Origin: Eledone cirrhosa
Lineage: Eukaryota
DNA length: 64,000 nucleotides
Reading direction: 5' to 3'
NCBI GenBank assembly: GCA_964016885.1
Contig: OZ024764.1
Span: 19,654,001-19,718,000, forward strand
The notes beneath the pieces were generated by a model, which ran no database searches, was not told the DNA's origin, and worked only from the letters and a program-made list of their open reading frames with translations. Shown piece by piece: positions 37,276 through 52,780 of this stretch; within the stretch, counting starts at the first letter, position 1, and each line of letters starts with the position of its first letter. The translations under genes were made by a program, and so were the position numbers.

Positions 37276-38215
37276 ATGTTAGTCAGCACATTCTTCACCA
37301 AAGAAGGCCTTAGTATTTATTACAGTCCATTTATCAATATAGAAATATTCTATGAAATTTGTACTGACGTATTACAAGTTTCTGAGAATCTTATAATGTT
37401 CTTTTATTATTTCAGAATACCAGAGGACATTGGCATTAAAGAGCACGTTACATCAGACATATCCTCAATATTAACCATTTCTAATGAAAGACACTACCCA
37501 TCATTTTCAAATAATTTTGAAAACACTCAACACTTTGAAGGGATTTAGTAATATAACTAAATTTCTCAGTATTAAGCTGCTATTTGGAACATAACTTTGC
37601 ACAATTTCATGAAGTTATAATGGAAATTTTTTAGATAAATATAAAGACTGATATGAAAAGGATAAAACACTTTTATATCAGTTGTTTCATCAACACCATT
37701 ATTTAAAGACTAAAGGAAGCTGTTATACAGAACAGATACAACCTTGTTTATATAAATCTAGGGGAGAAATACTGGGAAATATTTCTTGTAAACTCAATAA
37801 CACTTCTATTCTTCGCTGTCTGGAATATGTAGAAGATACAAAATAAAGCTGAAGAAATTTACACATGATTTTGTAAGATCTTCATATATTGACAAAGTTG
37901 ATAGTAGATGGAACTACAGGAGTAGAAATATTTCCATTATTACAGGAATTACTAATCAAATAAAAACCAGAAAAATTAGATTCTTCACTGTCTGGAATAT
38001 GTACAAGATGATTTTATATGTATATTAAACTTGAAGAGATCTACAAAACAGTTTGTATCCTCTTTAAATATAAAGAAAGACCAAAGTTGATAGAAATATA
38101 TCTGGAGGAATATGTTTTAAGAATAATATTATAAACATAAAGAAGAAAACTATCCATATATTGCAAGGAGAAACATATTAAAACTGTGAATTATGTGAGA
38201 AACTGAGGTGATTGA

Positions 38216-39260
<1,045 letters not shown>

Positions 39261-41082
39261 TAGCTGTGTCAATATCAAACTCATTACATCATACTACTAC
39301 AACAACAACAACAACAATTGTGTAGATCCATCATCCTGGTTAAAACTGGGGTTAACCTTGTAGGTTTTACCTATGACAGGGATCATAAACACCAGGTTTC
39401 CATTTTTGAAGTAGTGTTTGAAGATTTTGTGTAAATTGAAGTTTTTCACATTAAACTTTGATTTATTATACTTTAACAGGTAAGATATATATTTGTATTT
39501 TTAGTAAAGGTTGGGAACTTCTGTAATTTAAACATGCCAATAAAATGAAACTTTTGTTGTTGCTAGTCAGACATTGATATTAATTCTATTGTCCTGTACA
39601 TTGTCTCAAATATCACAGATTAAACAGATTTTAACAATAACAACAGAAATCAATAACTTGTAAGCCCAATATCTAGCTTCCATTTTAACTATTTGATATT
39701 GTTGTTCCCCTCCTGTCTCTTCAGGTCTTTTAGATTTCAACTTCTATCTACTGTACTATTCCATCACCAAGGCAACATTCATCTGGCTGGCAGCTTACAT
39801 CAACTACAAATCTCATCAGTGGTTCACAACAGGCTGTCTGAAAGAAACTTCCAGATATCTTCTATGTCATAGCTATCAATCTCCTCCTCCTTATCATATG
39901 TATCACTCTCACAGTCCCTCTAGATCTTATATTTAACAGGGAGATCTTTTACTGTCCCTACCCTTTTCTCTAGGTTGTCTTGTACCTCTCTCACAGTCCC
40001 TCTAGATCTTATATTTAACAGGGAGATCTTTTACTGTCCCTACCCTTTTCTCTAGGTATCCCTCTAGATCTTATATTTAACAGGGAGATCTTTTACTATC
40101 CCTACCCTTTTCTCTAGGTATCCCTCTAGATCTTATATTTAACAGGGAGATCTTTTACTGTCCCTACCCTTTTCTCTAGATTGTCTTGTATCTCTTTCAC
40201 AGTATTTCTAGATCTTATATTTAACAGGGAGATCTTTTACTCTCCAACCCTTCTTTCTCCAGATAGTCTTGTATCTGTCAGTCCCTCTAGATCTTACACC
40301 TAGTATCTAGTCTATGTTGAGTGGTACGTCCTTCTCCAGTAAAGGAGTTAATATTCCCAACCATCTGTCTATCCTGTTTTCTGATGAGAATGAAGTCAAT
40401 CTAGTTTATCTCTTCACCTGATTGAAGTAACTAGATCAAGTAACTAGATCTTTTCCTGTAAGTTAGTGTTGCAGTGTTTGTGTCACCATGTAAGGTTTAT
40501 ATCTATTAATATAGAGATGTAGTAAAATTTTCACTGTTGTATCTCTATTTTATAAATATCTTAATAATGTTTCTCTACTATTTCAGAATATCACATGACC
40601 TTGACAGAAAAGAGTCTTTTAAAGACAACAGAAAGATGTTACATACAAGTGATATAAACTTGTTTAGTCTGTGGTGAATTATGGTGAAATATTTCTTCTG
40701 AATTGAGATAAATAACAACATATTCCTTTTTCACTGTTTGGAATATTTACAAGATGATTTTACATTCTGATTAAACTTTGGTTATTTACAAAGGAGTTTT
40801 CAAAGTATTTGGATATTGACAAAGATCACATTTGGTAAAATTATGAACAATAGAAATATTTACATCAACATAGGAATATTTTCCAGAAGAGATGGGAAAA
40901 TCATTATACCACTGTAATATTTGTGGTAAAGTATTCTCTATTCTTTATATGTAGAACATCTAACTAAACATTTTAATTAACAAACTATTGTGCTATAGAA
41001 TTGACAAACTTGAAGAATGTTTAATAAATGTTACAGATTTCTCCAAACTGTCGTTTACTAACTTTAATTTGAAGCTATATTA

Positions 41083-41446
41083 TCTATATACTACTAAAAC
41101 TCTGTGATTGTGTCTTGTCTGTAATTTAATACAGCTAAGACAGTGCATAATGGGGAAATACTTTGAAAAGAATAAAACAAGTTTTGTATAAATTGGAGCA
41201 CAGGTTCCCAAGATACGGGGTTTTCTGGGTACCTTGATATAGATAGGGAGAGAAAGAGATAGTGGTTGTGAGAGTGAGGAGACAGATGGAAGAGAGAGAG
41301 AGAGAGCTGGTGGTGTTGTTTAATAAAATGTGTGTGTGTGTATATATATATACGTATGTATATTTTAACTATTAAAAATCATTTTTAAATGACTTTTAAA
41401 AAATAGTTTTAAGGGAACGTGACCCAACAGGTCCCGGGTGGTCTAG
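41083..41446 (+). mobile_element. Non-autonomous Helitron, cassette 2
   Basis: A|TCTATATAC...hairpin...CTAG|T. Confidence 0.85.
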
Positions 41447-43473
41447 TTTGTTACTAAATACTAGATATTAGAGGGTTATGTTGTTCTAGATGTGCTGGAA
41501 GAGCCATTCCATCTCGTGAGGCTCACACCAGCAGCTAGCCACCTCAGCACCTATGGTGGTATATTTATTATATTATTTATTCTTTATCATTAATATTAAT
41601 ATAAAAGATAATTATATATTTTTAGAGAAGAACCTCTAATTCATATAGCTTAGGGCTTCAGTAGGTAAAAGTCTGGCCCTGCTTGTCTTGTATTTTTTAG
41701 GGGAGAAGTTAGGGAATACTGTTATTGTGTGAAAGTTTTCTAAATCTTCAGCCACTAACATGGAGAAGATATTTCAGTAAAAAGGTTCACATCCTGACAT
41801 CTATAGCTGTTAACAATGAGATTGGAATTCATTATTAAACAAATGTTATATCAGCATCACTGTTTAACAACAGTTTTTTTACGCTGGCATGGGTTAGACG
41901 AGTTATCCTGTTGTAAGCAAGGCCAGGTCAGGTGACCATGTCTGGCTCCTACAGAACAAATTTTGGACTGGTTTCTACAGCTGGATGCCCTTCCTAGCAC
42001 CAACCTTATTTACATTGAGTACTGGATGCATTTTACCATCTCACCATCACGACCACTTTATACTGTGGGCTGGGTGCTTTTTGTTGTGACACCTATATGA
42101 CCACTTTACAGTGTGGGCTGGGTGCTTTTTGTTGTGACACCTACATGATCACTTTACAGTGTGGACTGGGTACTTTTTGTTGTGACACCTACATGACCAT
42201 TTTACAGTTTTGACTGGGTGCTTTTTGTTGTGACACCTACATGACCACTTTATAGTGTGGACTGGGTGCTTTTTGTTGTGACACCTACACGACCACTTTA
42301 AAGTTTTGGCTGGGTTCTTTTTGTTGTCACCTCCATGACCACTTCACAGTGTGGGCTGGGTGCTTTTTGCCGTGACACCTACGCAACCGCTTTACAGTGT
42401 GGGCTGGTTTCTTTTTGTCATATCACCTACATGACCGCCTTATAATGTTTACTGTGTGTTCTTTGCAGTGTAGGCTGGTTTCTTTTTGTCATATCACCTA
42501 CATGACCACCTTATAATGTTTACTGTGTGTTCTTTGCAGTGTAGGCTGGTTTCTTTTTGTCATATCACCTACATGACCACCTTATAATGTTTACTGTGTG
42601 TTCTTTGCAGTGTAGGCTGGTTTCTTTTTGTCATATCACCTACATGACCACCTTATAATGTTGACTGTGTGTTCTTTACAGTATGGGTTGGGTGCTTTTT
42701 GTCATATATCCTACCCAACCACTTTGCAGAGTGGGCAGTGAAATATCAGTAATGCACCAGCTCCAATATTCAGTAATCAGAAGAAGGGAGGTAGGCATAA
42801 AAGCCAAACTTGCTGTCTTCAATTAGGTTTTTGTGCCAACCCTTACCTATGGTCACATATCTTGGGTAATGACCAAAAGAATATGATTGGGAATACAAAT
42901 GGTAGATATGGGATTCCTCTGAAGGGTCTTTGAAGGAACTTTTCTCAATAAAGTGCATAGCTCTGAGATCAGAGAGTCACTCCAGGTGGAGCTGTTACTT
43001 CTCCGAATTGAGAGATCACAGCTGCAATACTATGGCCATGTGGTTAGAATGTCTGAGGAAAGAATCACTGGATAGATTTTACAGGCAAAACTAACCGGCA
43101 GGAGACCCAGGGGTAGACCTGAGCAAGATGGTCACATAACATCCATGACCTTGGCTGGTCTCTCTGGGAGATCCAGCCAGATCAGTTGGGGTGGGTTACT
43201 TCTGACAGGATTTCCCTGCTAGCAAGGGTTTAATGAGTCTACTTCAACCAAGTAAGTACTGAAGTGAGGCTACTGATCTCTAGACAGACCAAGGATCTGA
43301 GACTTATTTACATAAGGTCTCATTTGCTACTGAGTGCACAGAAAAGGTTGTCATGCTTTTGTCATGATTGAAGGGTTCTCCAACACTATTGTCGGGCAAG
43401 CTTTCTATGGCTAGATGTCCTTCACATGACCAACCACATTACAGCCTGTGTTGGGTGTGTTTATCATGTAGGT

Positions 43474-45515
43474 GAGGCATAACAAACAGGGTTCCCTAAG
43501 GGCCACATAGGTCACATGTGTTGTCTGAGGGTTGCACAGTGCAACTAATTATGTACACAACTAATTAAAGTCATTTAATAAAATTTAATGCAGAAAGATT
43601 TGTTACTTAAATTTAGAAACATACAATGTACATACAAATGTTTTAGCAGCATTCATGAATACAAAGTAATGAAGTAGTTTGATAAAAAACTAAAATTTAA
43701 CATGTCAACATATACTTGCAGATTGTAACAGCAACAAATACATTGTACACAAATAACAACAGTTGAAAACTGAACATTTATTTGCTACTATTCAACCATC
43801 TTTAGTGTTTTGTCCTGAGGCTTGACACTTCTTTCTGTTGATTATTTTTGTTATATCTGGCTGAAATGTCTGTACAGTTTCAACTTTAAACAGAGATGAC
43901 AAGTGTTGATCTGTCAGCCTTGTTCTCTGAGAAGTTTTTGTAAGCTAAGTACAGACTCAGTATGGGCAGTGATTTTCAGCTCTTTGCACATAAGAAAATG
44001 AATTAAATTTTCATCTGACAACGGAGACTTCCATAAGCTAAGTTTTCTAATGAAGAACTTGATGTCATCATACAACTGAGTGATGGGTTTGTTTTTACCT
44101 TGTAATTTCAAATTAAGGTCAGTTAATTGTGCAGTAATATCCACAAATAAAGCCAGATGTTGGAGCCAACTTTCATCTTTTATTTCATCTGTGTTTTGAC
44201 CTTTCATCTCCAAAAACATAATTATTTCAACAAATAGAATCTTTTCACCACTTTGTGACATGTCAACCAGCAGACTTCTGTGTAGAATGGAACATCGGTG
44301 AACTGATTATCCATATCTTCCAACAACTGGCTGAACTGACGGTGGTTGAGAGCATGGCCTCTGATTTAGTTCACTGTCTTTGTGACCAAGCTAAGCACAT
44401 GATGCAATTTTAAAATCTTTGAACATAAATTTTGCTGATGAATAATGCAGTGAAAATGTGCAAATGAGGAATCTAGATATGAGTTTTCTATTTTTGTTTG
44501 TAACTTGGCAGCAACACCATTATGTCTACCAACCATATTTGCAGCACTGTCAGTAGATAAACATGCAAGTTTACTCAGATCAAAACCATGCAGACCCTGC
44601 TTGACCTTCTCAAAGATGTCCTGGCTTGTTATAGTGTCATGCATGGGGACCAGTTCAATCAGTTCTTCATAAATATTAAATTCACAGTCACAGGCCCTGA
44701 TGAAGAATGCAAGCTGTACTATTCCAGTGATGTCAACAGTCTCTTCAATAGCAATAGAAACATGTTAAAACCTTGATGATACAGCCTTTAACTGTTGTTT
44801 CAGATCACCTGACATTTCATTAATCTGTTCAGCAACAGTGTTCCTGGTTAATGAAATGTCTTTGAATAACTCTGCTTTCTCTGGACAATTTCAGCTGTTT
44901 TTACAAGACATTACTTTACAAAATCTCCTTCACTGTAAGATTTCCCACTCATGGCAATCATTCGACTGAGTTCATAGCTTGCAGTAACAGAAGTGACATT
45001 CTCTTCCTGAATTAACGTTAAAACAGGTCTGTTGCTGTGTCAAGTTAGACTTCAATTCCTTGAGTCTTGAAACACACATTGGGCCTTCATATTTATCGTA
45101 AGATTGATGGTTTGTTTCATAATGTCTTTTTAAATTGTACTCTTTTGGCGTGGAGATGTAGTTGTTGCAAATTAAACAGTGTATCTTTCTGTTCACCATT
45201 GGGCAAAAATACTGTAATTCCCACTTTTCTTGAAACACTTGCCCTTCTTCGTTCAATTTCCTTTTTCTCTTAGCTGGAGGATCACTAACCATTTCAAAAA
45301 CAAAATCTTTTGAAATTTTGAAAGAAAGTTTTCTGTTAATGAACTGCACGTGATTAATGGAAGTTAAAAGTCGTTGACAAAATTTGCACAAAAAAAATAA
45401 TTGTATCGAAAATGTTTTAAATTTTATATTACGAAAATGAAACATGCTCGCACTGTAAAAACCTTTGTGTGGGCCGCAGGTTTGCTTGCCAAGGGCCGCA
45501 TGTTTGACATGTCTG
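43474..45515 (-). mobile_element. Full-span hAT relic with 8-bp TSD ATGTAGGT
   Basis: TSD at 43466-43473 and 45516-45523; imperfect TIRs GAGGCATAACAAAC and CAGACATGTCAAAC; broken transposase ORFs. Confidence 0.9.
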
Positions 45516-47921
45516 ATGTAGGTTACCAACACTAGGCAGGGCAGCATGTCCATCAGTGTCTTCTGCTACATTAACTACCAGGAGGTCACCACATGAGACA
45601 AAGACCAAAGACTACATTTCAAAGAAGGGTCATAAAAGAACTAAATACAAAAGTCCTCGCAGCAAAAAACAAATAATTGAGCTTTGGGTCTAGGTCAAGG
45701 GGCAGAAGTGCTGTACCCTGTGGATAAGACTGCAAAAGTATTCGCCCCGGACAGTGACACCCACTGCAATAGCCACCCCAACCCCATGGGACTCCCTCTT
45801 CAGAAGGGCCACCAATGTTCTGATCTTACAGAGGAGCTCGCCCGTACAGGGTCCAAGTACTTCTGAGGTCTCGATGGTGACCGGTGTGAAGAGACCTACA
45901 ATTGATGTCATCCCAGTTATGTTGGACTGTAATATACTGGGGTATAGAGAGGCCTTACCCTGTCACAGCCGGGCCACTCAGGGTTGTGTCATCTAAATAC
46001 CGGACAGGGGTAACTAGACCATGTTGTCAACTGCCAACACCAATAGGAGTGGGTCCCCTTGCTAGAGACCATATATAAAAACGTATTTGCTAATTACTTT
46101 AATGAATAATTTGTTTCATACGTAATTATTACTTTTAACACAATAGGATTTTGTACACGTGTTTGTTTGAAAACATCTTTCAAAGAAGTATGAGACAGTC
46201 TTTTGTAGTGTTTATTATAATAAATTACTGTATGTTGAGCTGTTTTAACTTCTCCACCTTCTATTATTTCATATTGTTTTCGTAAAATACCAGATCTTTT
46301 TCATATATATATATATATATGAAGGCGTGTGGCTGAGTGGTTAGAGAATTGGATTCGGAATTGTGAGGTTGTGAGTTCGATTCTCAGACTGGGCGATGCG
46401 TTATGTCCTTGAGCAAGACATTTTATTTCACGTTGCTCCTTCTACCTGGAGTTGCGACCGATAGATAGTATTAGCAATTGGAAAGACCAATGGAAACATT
46501 GTTTCCTCGGTCCGATTTGACGAAAAGTCGATCATAAAAAAAATATAGAGAGAGAGAGAAACACACAAACATACACTACTGTATTACATATGTAAGGGGA
46601 GACAACTCTCGTTACACCCCCCCCCTTCTTTTTGATATACGTACTTTAAATACTTTGTTCAATTGAACCTGCTTTATTTTGTATCCTAAGTAGATTTCTG
46701 TTTAAGTATTTACGAGATTCACAATGATTCACGTAACCAAGTTACTTACATAGAGATATATTTCACATAGAATCACAACAAATGAAAATATTAAGTCAAC
46801 ACTCTGTCAATCAGTCTCACATCACATGGGGTGCCGGAGTCTCCCTCTAATACTTTCTGAGACAGTCTTACCTCGAGTGATAGCAAGGCTAAGATGTTGG
46901 AACTACCAAACACCATCATATGTATCATCTGACACCTCGGTAAGGAGAGCTGCCAACGATAACAAGAACCTCGTTGTCAGGGACCTATCTCCTCCAAACT
47001 TCTCCAACACCACAGACTAGAATATTCTACTCTTTATTCCCTATCAAATATATTTCAGTCTAGTCATTTATCTTGTATCTTGTATATGTATTTTCAAAAC
47101 TAACTGTCACATTAGTGATGTTTTTGTCTCTCTCCCACATCCTACATGCTGTAGTAAAAGTGAGGGTCACTGCTTCTGTAGACGAACGAAATAAAAGCTA
47201 AACTACCAGTAATTATCGGAAAAGTATTTATTCCAGTCTGTGATGTTTGAGAAGCTGGGCTGCTGACAACGAAGTTGTTGTGACTGTTGGCGGCTGGCTT
47301 TACCGAAGTACCCGATGACTCTTGTGAGGGTACTTAGCTGTTCTGGCGGTTTAGCCTCCACATGAATTGATTTTACTGAGCTACCCGGTGATCTCTGTCA
47401 GGGTACTTAGTTCTTCTGGCAACTTATCCTCCATATGACCCGATCCTACCGAGATACCCGGTGATCTCTGTCAGGGTACTTAGCTGTTCTGGCAACTTAG
47501 CCTCCATATGACCCGATCTTACCGAGATACCCGGTGATCTCTGTCAGGGTACTCGATTGATCCAGCACCCTACTATTTCTACCAACAGGTTATATCGAGG
47601 TATCAAGTGATACTCTTTTCTAGTCAAGACCTCCTCTGCTGTCCTCTGTCTTCCAACTGCCCTGTTATTCTACAGACTCACGAAAGTGGACACCACCTGA
47701 AGGAGAGAGTGGTTGGTGTAGTGGTCATCGCTGGCTATTGTCCGAGTGACACAGGTAAAATACACTACCTAGACTGAGGTGAAACGTCTACCGTCCATTC
47801 CTCACCACCAACACCTTTCTTTCTCTATTTTAATTACATTTACTGTTTTCAACTTCACTTTTTTATGACAAACTTTACATAATTTAATTCGGTAAAAATA
47901 TTTTTACGTCACAAAAAAACC

Positions 47922-48036
47922 TTGAATCATGCGCAGTGGTGCATTTGTCGACTTCCTGTCCACGTGTTAGTCTTCCTACAACATCATTTAGAAAACATTT
48001 CTGTAAATACTAAACACCTGAGACTATAATGTAAGT
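47922..48036 (+). promoter_or_regulatory. Putative promoter/exon 1, cassette 3
   Basis: CATGCGCA, ACTTCCTG, CACGTG and donor at 48031. Confidence 0.6.
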
Positions 48037-48485
48037 ATTATGTCTATTAATATTGTAGATTTAAGCTCACTTTTCACATCACAAATATATATTTTCTTGT
48101 TTGTTTCATTACTGGAAATATAAAATGTTATCGTAATTATCTATATTTTACCTACCTCTAATTAATTAAAGTGAAAACTTTTGTTGTTGCTGAAAAATAA
48201 ATTAACAAAACTAAATATTTAAATATTCTAAAGGTCGTTTTTATATTATGTGATGATATAATTAATATATTTTATTACAATTGTATAAATTTACAGTAGA
48301 ATAACGTTGTAAATATGTTTTAAATATATACATAAATAACATAAGTGTGTAAATAACATTATAAATTGCTGGCAATTCCTTGAGAAAGACATTACAAATA
48401 TATTGTCTAAACTGTGTATATTAATATAATTTATTGAACAATAATGATAAAGGAAAGATAAACACAGTGGGAGATGGCAATTCAC

Positions 48486-51400
48486 CACGAAACGAGGTAA
48501 ACATTTTCAACTTTCCCCTTTTTTTGCTTTGTCCGAGACAACTTTAAATATTCTTCAAGGAACTGGATTTTCCATTCGGTTGGATCGAACGGATTTTACC
48601 ATTTATAATCTACGGAGAGGAATAACAGATGTTCGGAGGAAAAAAGAATTGTTTGTGGCAACAACGTAGGGAACCAACCTGGAGCAATTGTATCACACAA
48701 TTATACTTTCCTCCTTAACATACACTTACAATTTTTCAAAATCAAACCCCCCAAATATAAAATATAAATAATAATAAATGGCGAGGAACCATCCCATCTC
48801 CCTCTTGAAATAACCTGAATCTATTTATAGTCAGGTGTGACTGAAAGGTCAATCCATACTTCCATTCTATTTCACAGAATTAGAAGCTTTGACCACTTGA
48901 TAGAATTCAGGTCCAGTAATGTAATCACTCCGTAATTGTAAACATCTTGTATCACTATCATTCAGGTTTTGATTTTACTTAAGTCTTGCCCATGTTTTTG
49001 TTTTTTTTTTCTTTTTTACACAAACTCACAATTTCGGTTTTTACTGCGGATTTACCCATGCGAACTATTACACAAACTCACAGCCTTAGATTTTGTATTT
49101 CTAGCGTTTTTATTTTCCTTCTCTTTGCATGTTCAGTGCTCTTTCTCTCCCACTGTATTTACCTGCCTCTCACATGACCACACTCCTCTCCACGCACTCA
49201 TCAGCTTCTCACTCCTTCTCCACCTTCCATCCCTCCCCTTGCTCAACCCTTACTTCCTCCTCGCGCACAGCCCACCTAGGTATTCGTTCAACCCGCCGGT
49301 GGCCCGATGTTTCGACCGAACTATTACCGGCGATTGCCGATTGCTAAAGTTGCCACCACTTTAACCTAGTCCACTCTAGGTGGCGGTGGCATGCGTTGAA
49401 CGACCAAGAGACCTGCGTGGTGGAACGACTAATGTGACAACCGGTCAGCCTTCGACCTCTCATTCTCCACCAACTGCAGCACGCACGAGAGGAGCTAACT
49501 TTCCCCCACCTACCCCCTCCTCTCCTTCACGGCAGATTCCGAACGAATCCAACCCGGCCAACCACACCACCCCTACAACTGTTAGCTCACTACCCAACCC
49601 CCCGCTTTAGTCCCACCGTTAGAACCACTGTTGTCTCCTTTACTGACTCACTCCCTTCACTGAATTCCAACGCTGGCCCTCTACTGCCGGCTGTTGCCAG
49701 CCCGCCACCTGATTGCGCCCTCTGTGCCCTCACTAACCAGTACTTAAAGACAATTAAGTCACCTATGCCACGCAAGCTACCACAGAAGCTGTGTCAGCAT
49801 CACCAAAGCTCAAGCCGAAAGGCTTCAACACTGGACCTGTCATCGGTGCCACTTCAGCTCCGACTATTCCGTGGGGATGACCAACACTCTACCGACGACT
49901 TTCCACAGCCCCCCCCCAGGGCTTCTCCAAATCAAAGCTCGTTAACCGGACCCTTAAGGGAGCTCGGAACAGCTTTGCAGGTGCCCTCTCTAATTTACTG
50001 AAAAACGTTTGCTCATCCAACAATAGTCTGGCAGAAATTGTTTTTGTTTCCCCTCATCTCTCTTCACGTGCACAATGCGAACTCGGGTTCCCTCAAGTCC
50101 TCTCTCAAGCGGCAGTTCCAGCTGTTTGAGTCCACCCCAACCACGTCTCATCTCAGTTCGTCTCCGAGCTCGGTGTCCACCAACAGACAACCGGTAGACC
50201 TCAAGCGAGCCGTCAATGCCAAATTCAGCGAATTTGACATTAAAGGGGCTGTCCTCCCTTGCTCCATGCAACTCTGACTCTCGTGAGCGTCTGAAAGAGA
50301 AGCACCCCCAGATGATCAGCAACACTGGCCCGAACCACCAGAATACTTGAGACCGGTTTACACCACCAATATCATCAGAAAGGCGATTACATCCTTCCCC
50401 GCTGGGTCAGGCGCGGGAATTGACGTCCTTCATCCTCAACACCTCAAGGATGGTATCTCCTTATCGGCCGGTGATGCCGGACTCGAGCTCTTGGAGAGTC
50501 TGACTCAGTTTGTGAATCAGTGAACGTTCTCCCGTTCATCCGCCCACTGTTCTTTGGTGCGAAGCTATTTGGTCTCACCAAGCCCAACGGGGACCTGCGC
50601 CGCATTGCGGTTGGCTGCACACCTCACTGCAAAGGCTTGATTGCTGTTGGACTCCAACCCACTGACGGAGGAATTTTCCCCCATCCAGCTGTGGGTGGAT
50701 ACCAGGTTGGGATGTGTGACTGCTGTCCACGCTGCCAGAGCATTTGCCAACTTGCCCTCCTCATCCCCCAAGGTCATCCTCAAACTTGACCTCAGGAATG
50801 CCTTCAACTCCGTCAGCCGTAACATCGTCCTCGGCTCAGTAAGAGAGAGGGTCCCACAACTCTACCACTTTGCTTGGCAGGCTTATCGGGAGCCCTCCTA
50901 CCTCTCTTTCAGTAACCAGATCATCACCTCTGCCTCAGGAGTCCAACAGGGTGACCCACTCGGGAACCCCCCCCCCCCCCCCCCCCCCCCGCACTGGACA
51001 TTGATGACGTCACCAAGATGGGGGTTGAGTTGGACCTCAATGTCTGGTAGCTCGATGACGCCTATTTGGGGGGAACTCCGGATATGGTTCTCGCCACTGC
51101 CAACAGGATGGTGGAGGAACTTGGCGCCGGGGTCTCCAGATCAATAGTTCCAAATGTGAGCTCTGGATCCTCAACCACCCGGCTTCTTAACACCAACAGC
51201 TGATCGACCTGTTCGCAGAGTCCTTCCCTTCCATCACGGTCCCTCCCCCGTCGGTTTGGTGCTCCTTAGGAGCCCCAATCACAGACCTGGCCTTCGAGTC
51301 AACCATCCAATCGAAGATGGTTTGCCTTGAGCAGCTGCTGAGGAATATTGAAGATATCGAACCCCATCAAGGTTTCTTCTTACTCAGGAACTACCTGTCT

Positions 51401-52780
51401 ATTCCTAAGCTTCTGTATCTGCTCAGGGTCAGCCCCTCTCACAGATTTCCATCCTGCCTCCAACGCTTTGACGACCTAATCTTCGAGAGATTCGAGTGTC
51501 TGGTCAATGTTAGTAAGTGTTCGTCCCTCTCTCTCTCCTGCTTCCTTTCCTCCACCCAAGCTTGCAGCATCCTCTCCTCTCCAACATGGACTAGTTCCAA
51601 CAGGGAGTTGTGTGAAGCTCTCCAGCAATGGAGTGAGTTGGGCTTGTCTCTTCCTGAGAAGGTGGAGGACAGTCGAAGTCAGAGAACTTGGGACAGGATA
51701 CGTTGGAATGCCACCTTCGACTCCCTCTTCGTCCTCTCAGATCAGTTTACAAGGTGCCGCTGACCATCTGCCAGCGCCAAATACTCCGGTGACTGGGTCG
51801 ATGCCTTACCCGTGGCCAACGTTGGAGGCCTACTCAGCCTGGATGAACTTCGTGTCTCCATCACCCTCAGAGTGGGAGCTGACGTCTGCATGGGTTTGAG
51901 ATGTGGCTAACTCCTCGACTCCACAGGCCTCCACGGTCTTTCTTGCCGCCTGAATGCCGGCCACTTCGCCCGTCACACGGAGCTAAACTTTATTCTGAAG
52001 AGAGCTTTGGCCCGGGCAAACATCCCCTCAGTCTTGGAACCATCTGGGTTGTCCAGAAGTGACGGCAAAAGACCTGACGGCCTTACCCTGTGCCCCTGGT
52101 CGAGAGGCAGGTGCCTAATCTGGGACGTCACTGTTAGTGACTCCTTTGCTCTTTCCCACATCCTTGATGCTGCGGTAAGGACGAGAGCCACAGCTTCGGC
52201 AGCCGAGCGGAGTAAGACCCTCAAATACTCTGATCTGTCGACCAGCTACATTTTTCAGCCTGTGGCTTTCGAGACGTTTGGGGGAGTCGGGCCGCTGACT
52301 GCGAGGTTCCTTTCCTCACTGGCGGCTCGCCTTATAGAGGTAACTGGCGAAATCGCGAGGGCGCTTGGCTGTTCCAGCACCTCAGCCTCGCCATCACCCG
52401 AGGTAACACTGCCAGTGTGCTGGCTTGCCTCAAAACTCATTAGAGAGGTTTCCCAGTACCCCTCGTTGCTGTCTTTTGCTCTGGTGTTGGCTCCGTTGTC
52501 CACCCCTTCCTTTACATTTTCTTTAATATTGCAACATTGAAGGAATTTATCTTTCATTGTATCATCCTTTATAGTGTTACCGAGGCATTTGTAATGTTAT
52601 TTATATACTTAAAACATATTTGTTATGTTATTCTACTGTAAATTTATTTATATGCTCTGTTTATATTTTCATTCTGAAGGAACTTATCCACTTGTGTTGA
52701 TATAAGTGATTTTATGACTTTCCTCTAAGCATTGTGTCATTATATATGTTATTATAAACGTGAATAAATTGAATTTACAC
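48486..52780 (+). mobile_element. CRE-like non-LTR retrotransposon (RT plus restriction-like endonuclease), degenerate
   Basis: KPNGDLRRIAVG, KLDLRNAFNSVSR, SGVQQGDPLG, W*LDD, GLHGLSC...RH, EPSGLSRSDGKRPDG...WDVT; GC-rich; AATAAA near 52763. Confidence 0.85.

Noticed and set aside
36242-37282. 346-aa (MSLITTFISQFNL)n ORF and its 151-aa and 125-aa paralogs as a repeat protein
   Set aside because: 39-bp minisatellite in the inferred intron; no unique coding flanks or other support.
37416-37548. Conserved short frame IPEDIGIKEHV...EGI* after the acceptor as a coding exon
   Set aside because: The inferred exon 1 has no ATG to open it and it stops far before the ZNF ATG; treated as 5'UTR.
50966-50990. 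Poly-C run encoding polyproline in the RT
   Set aside because: Homopolymer expansion or error that frameshifts the RT after QQGDPLG.
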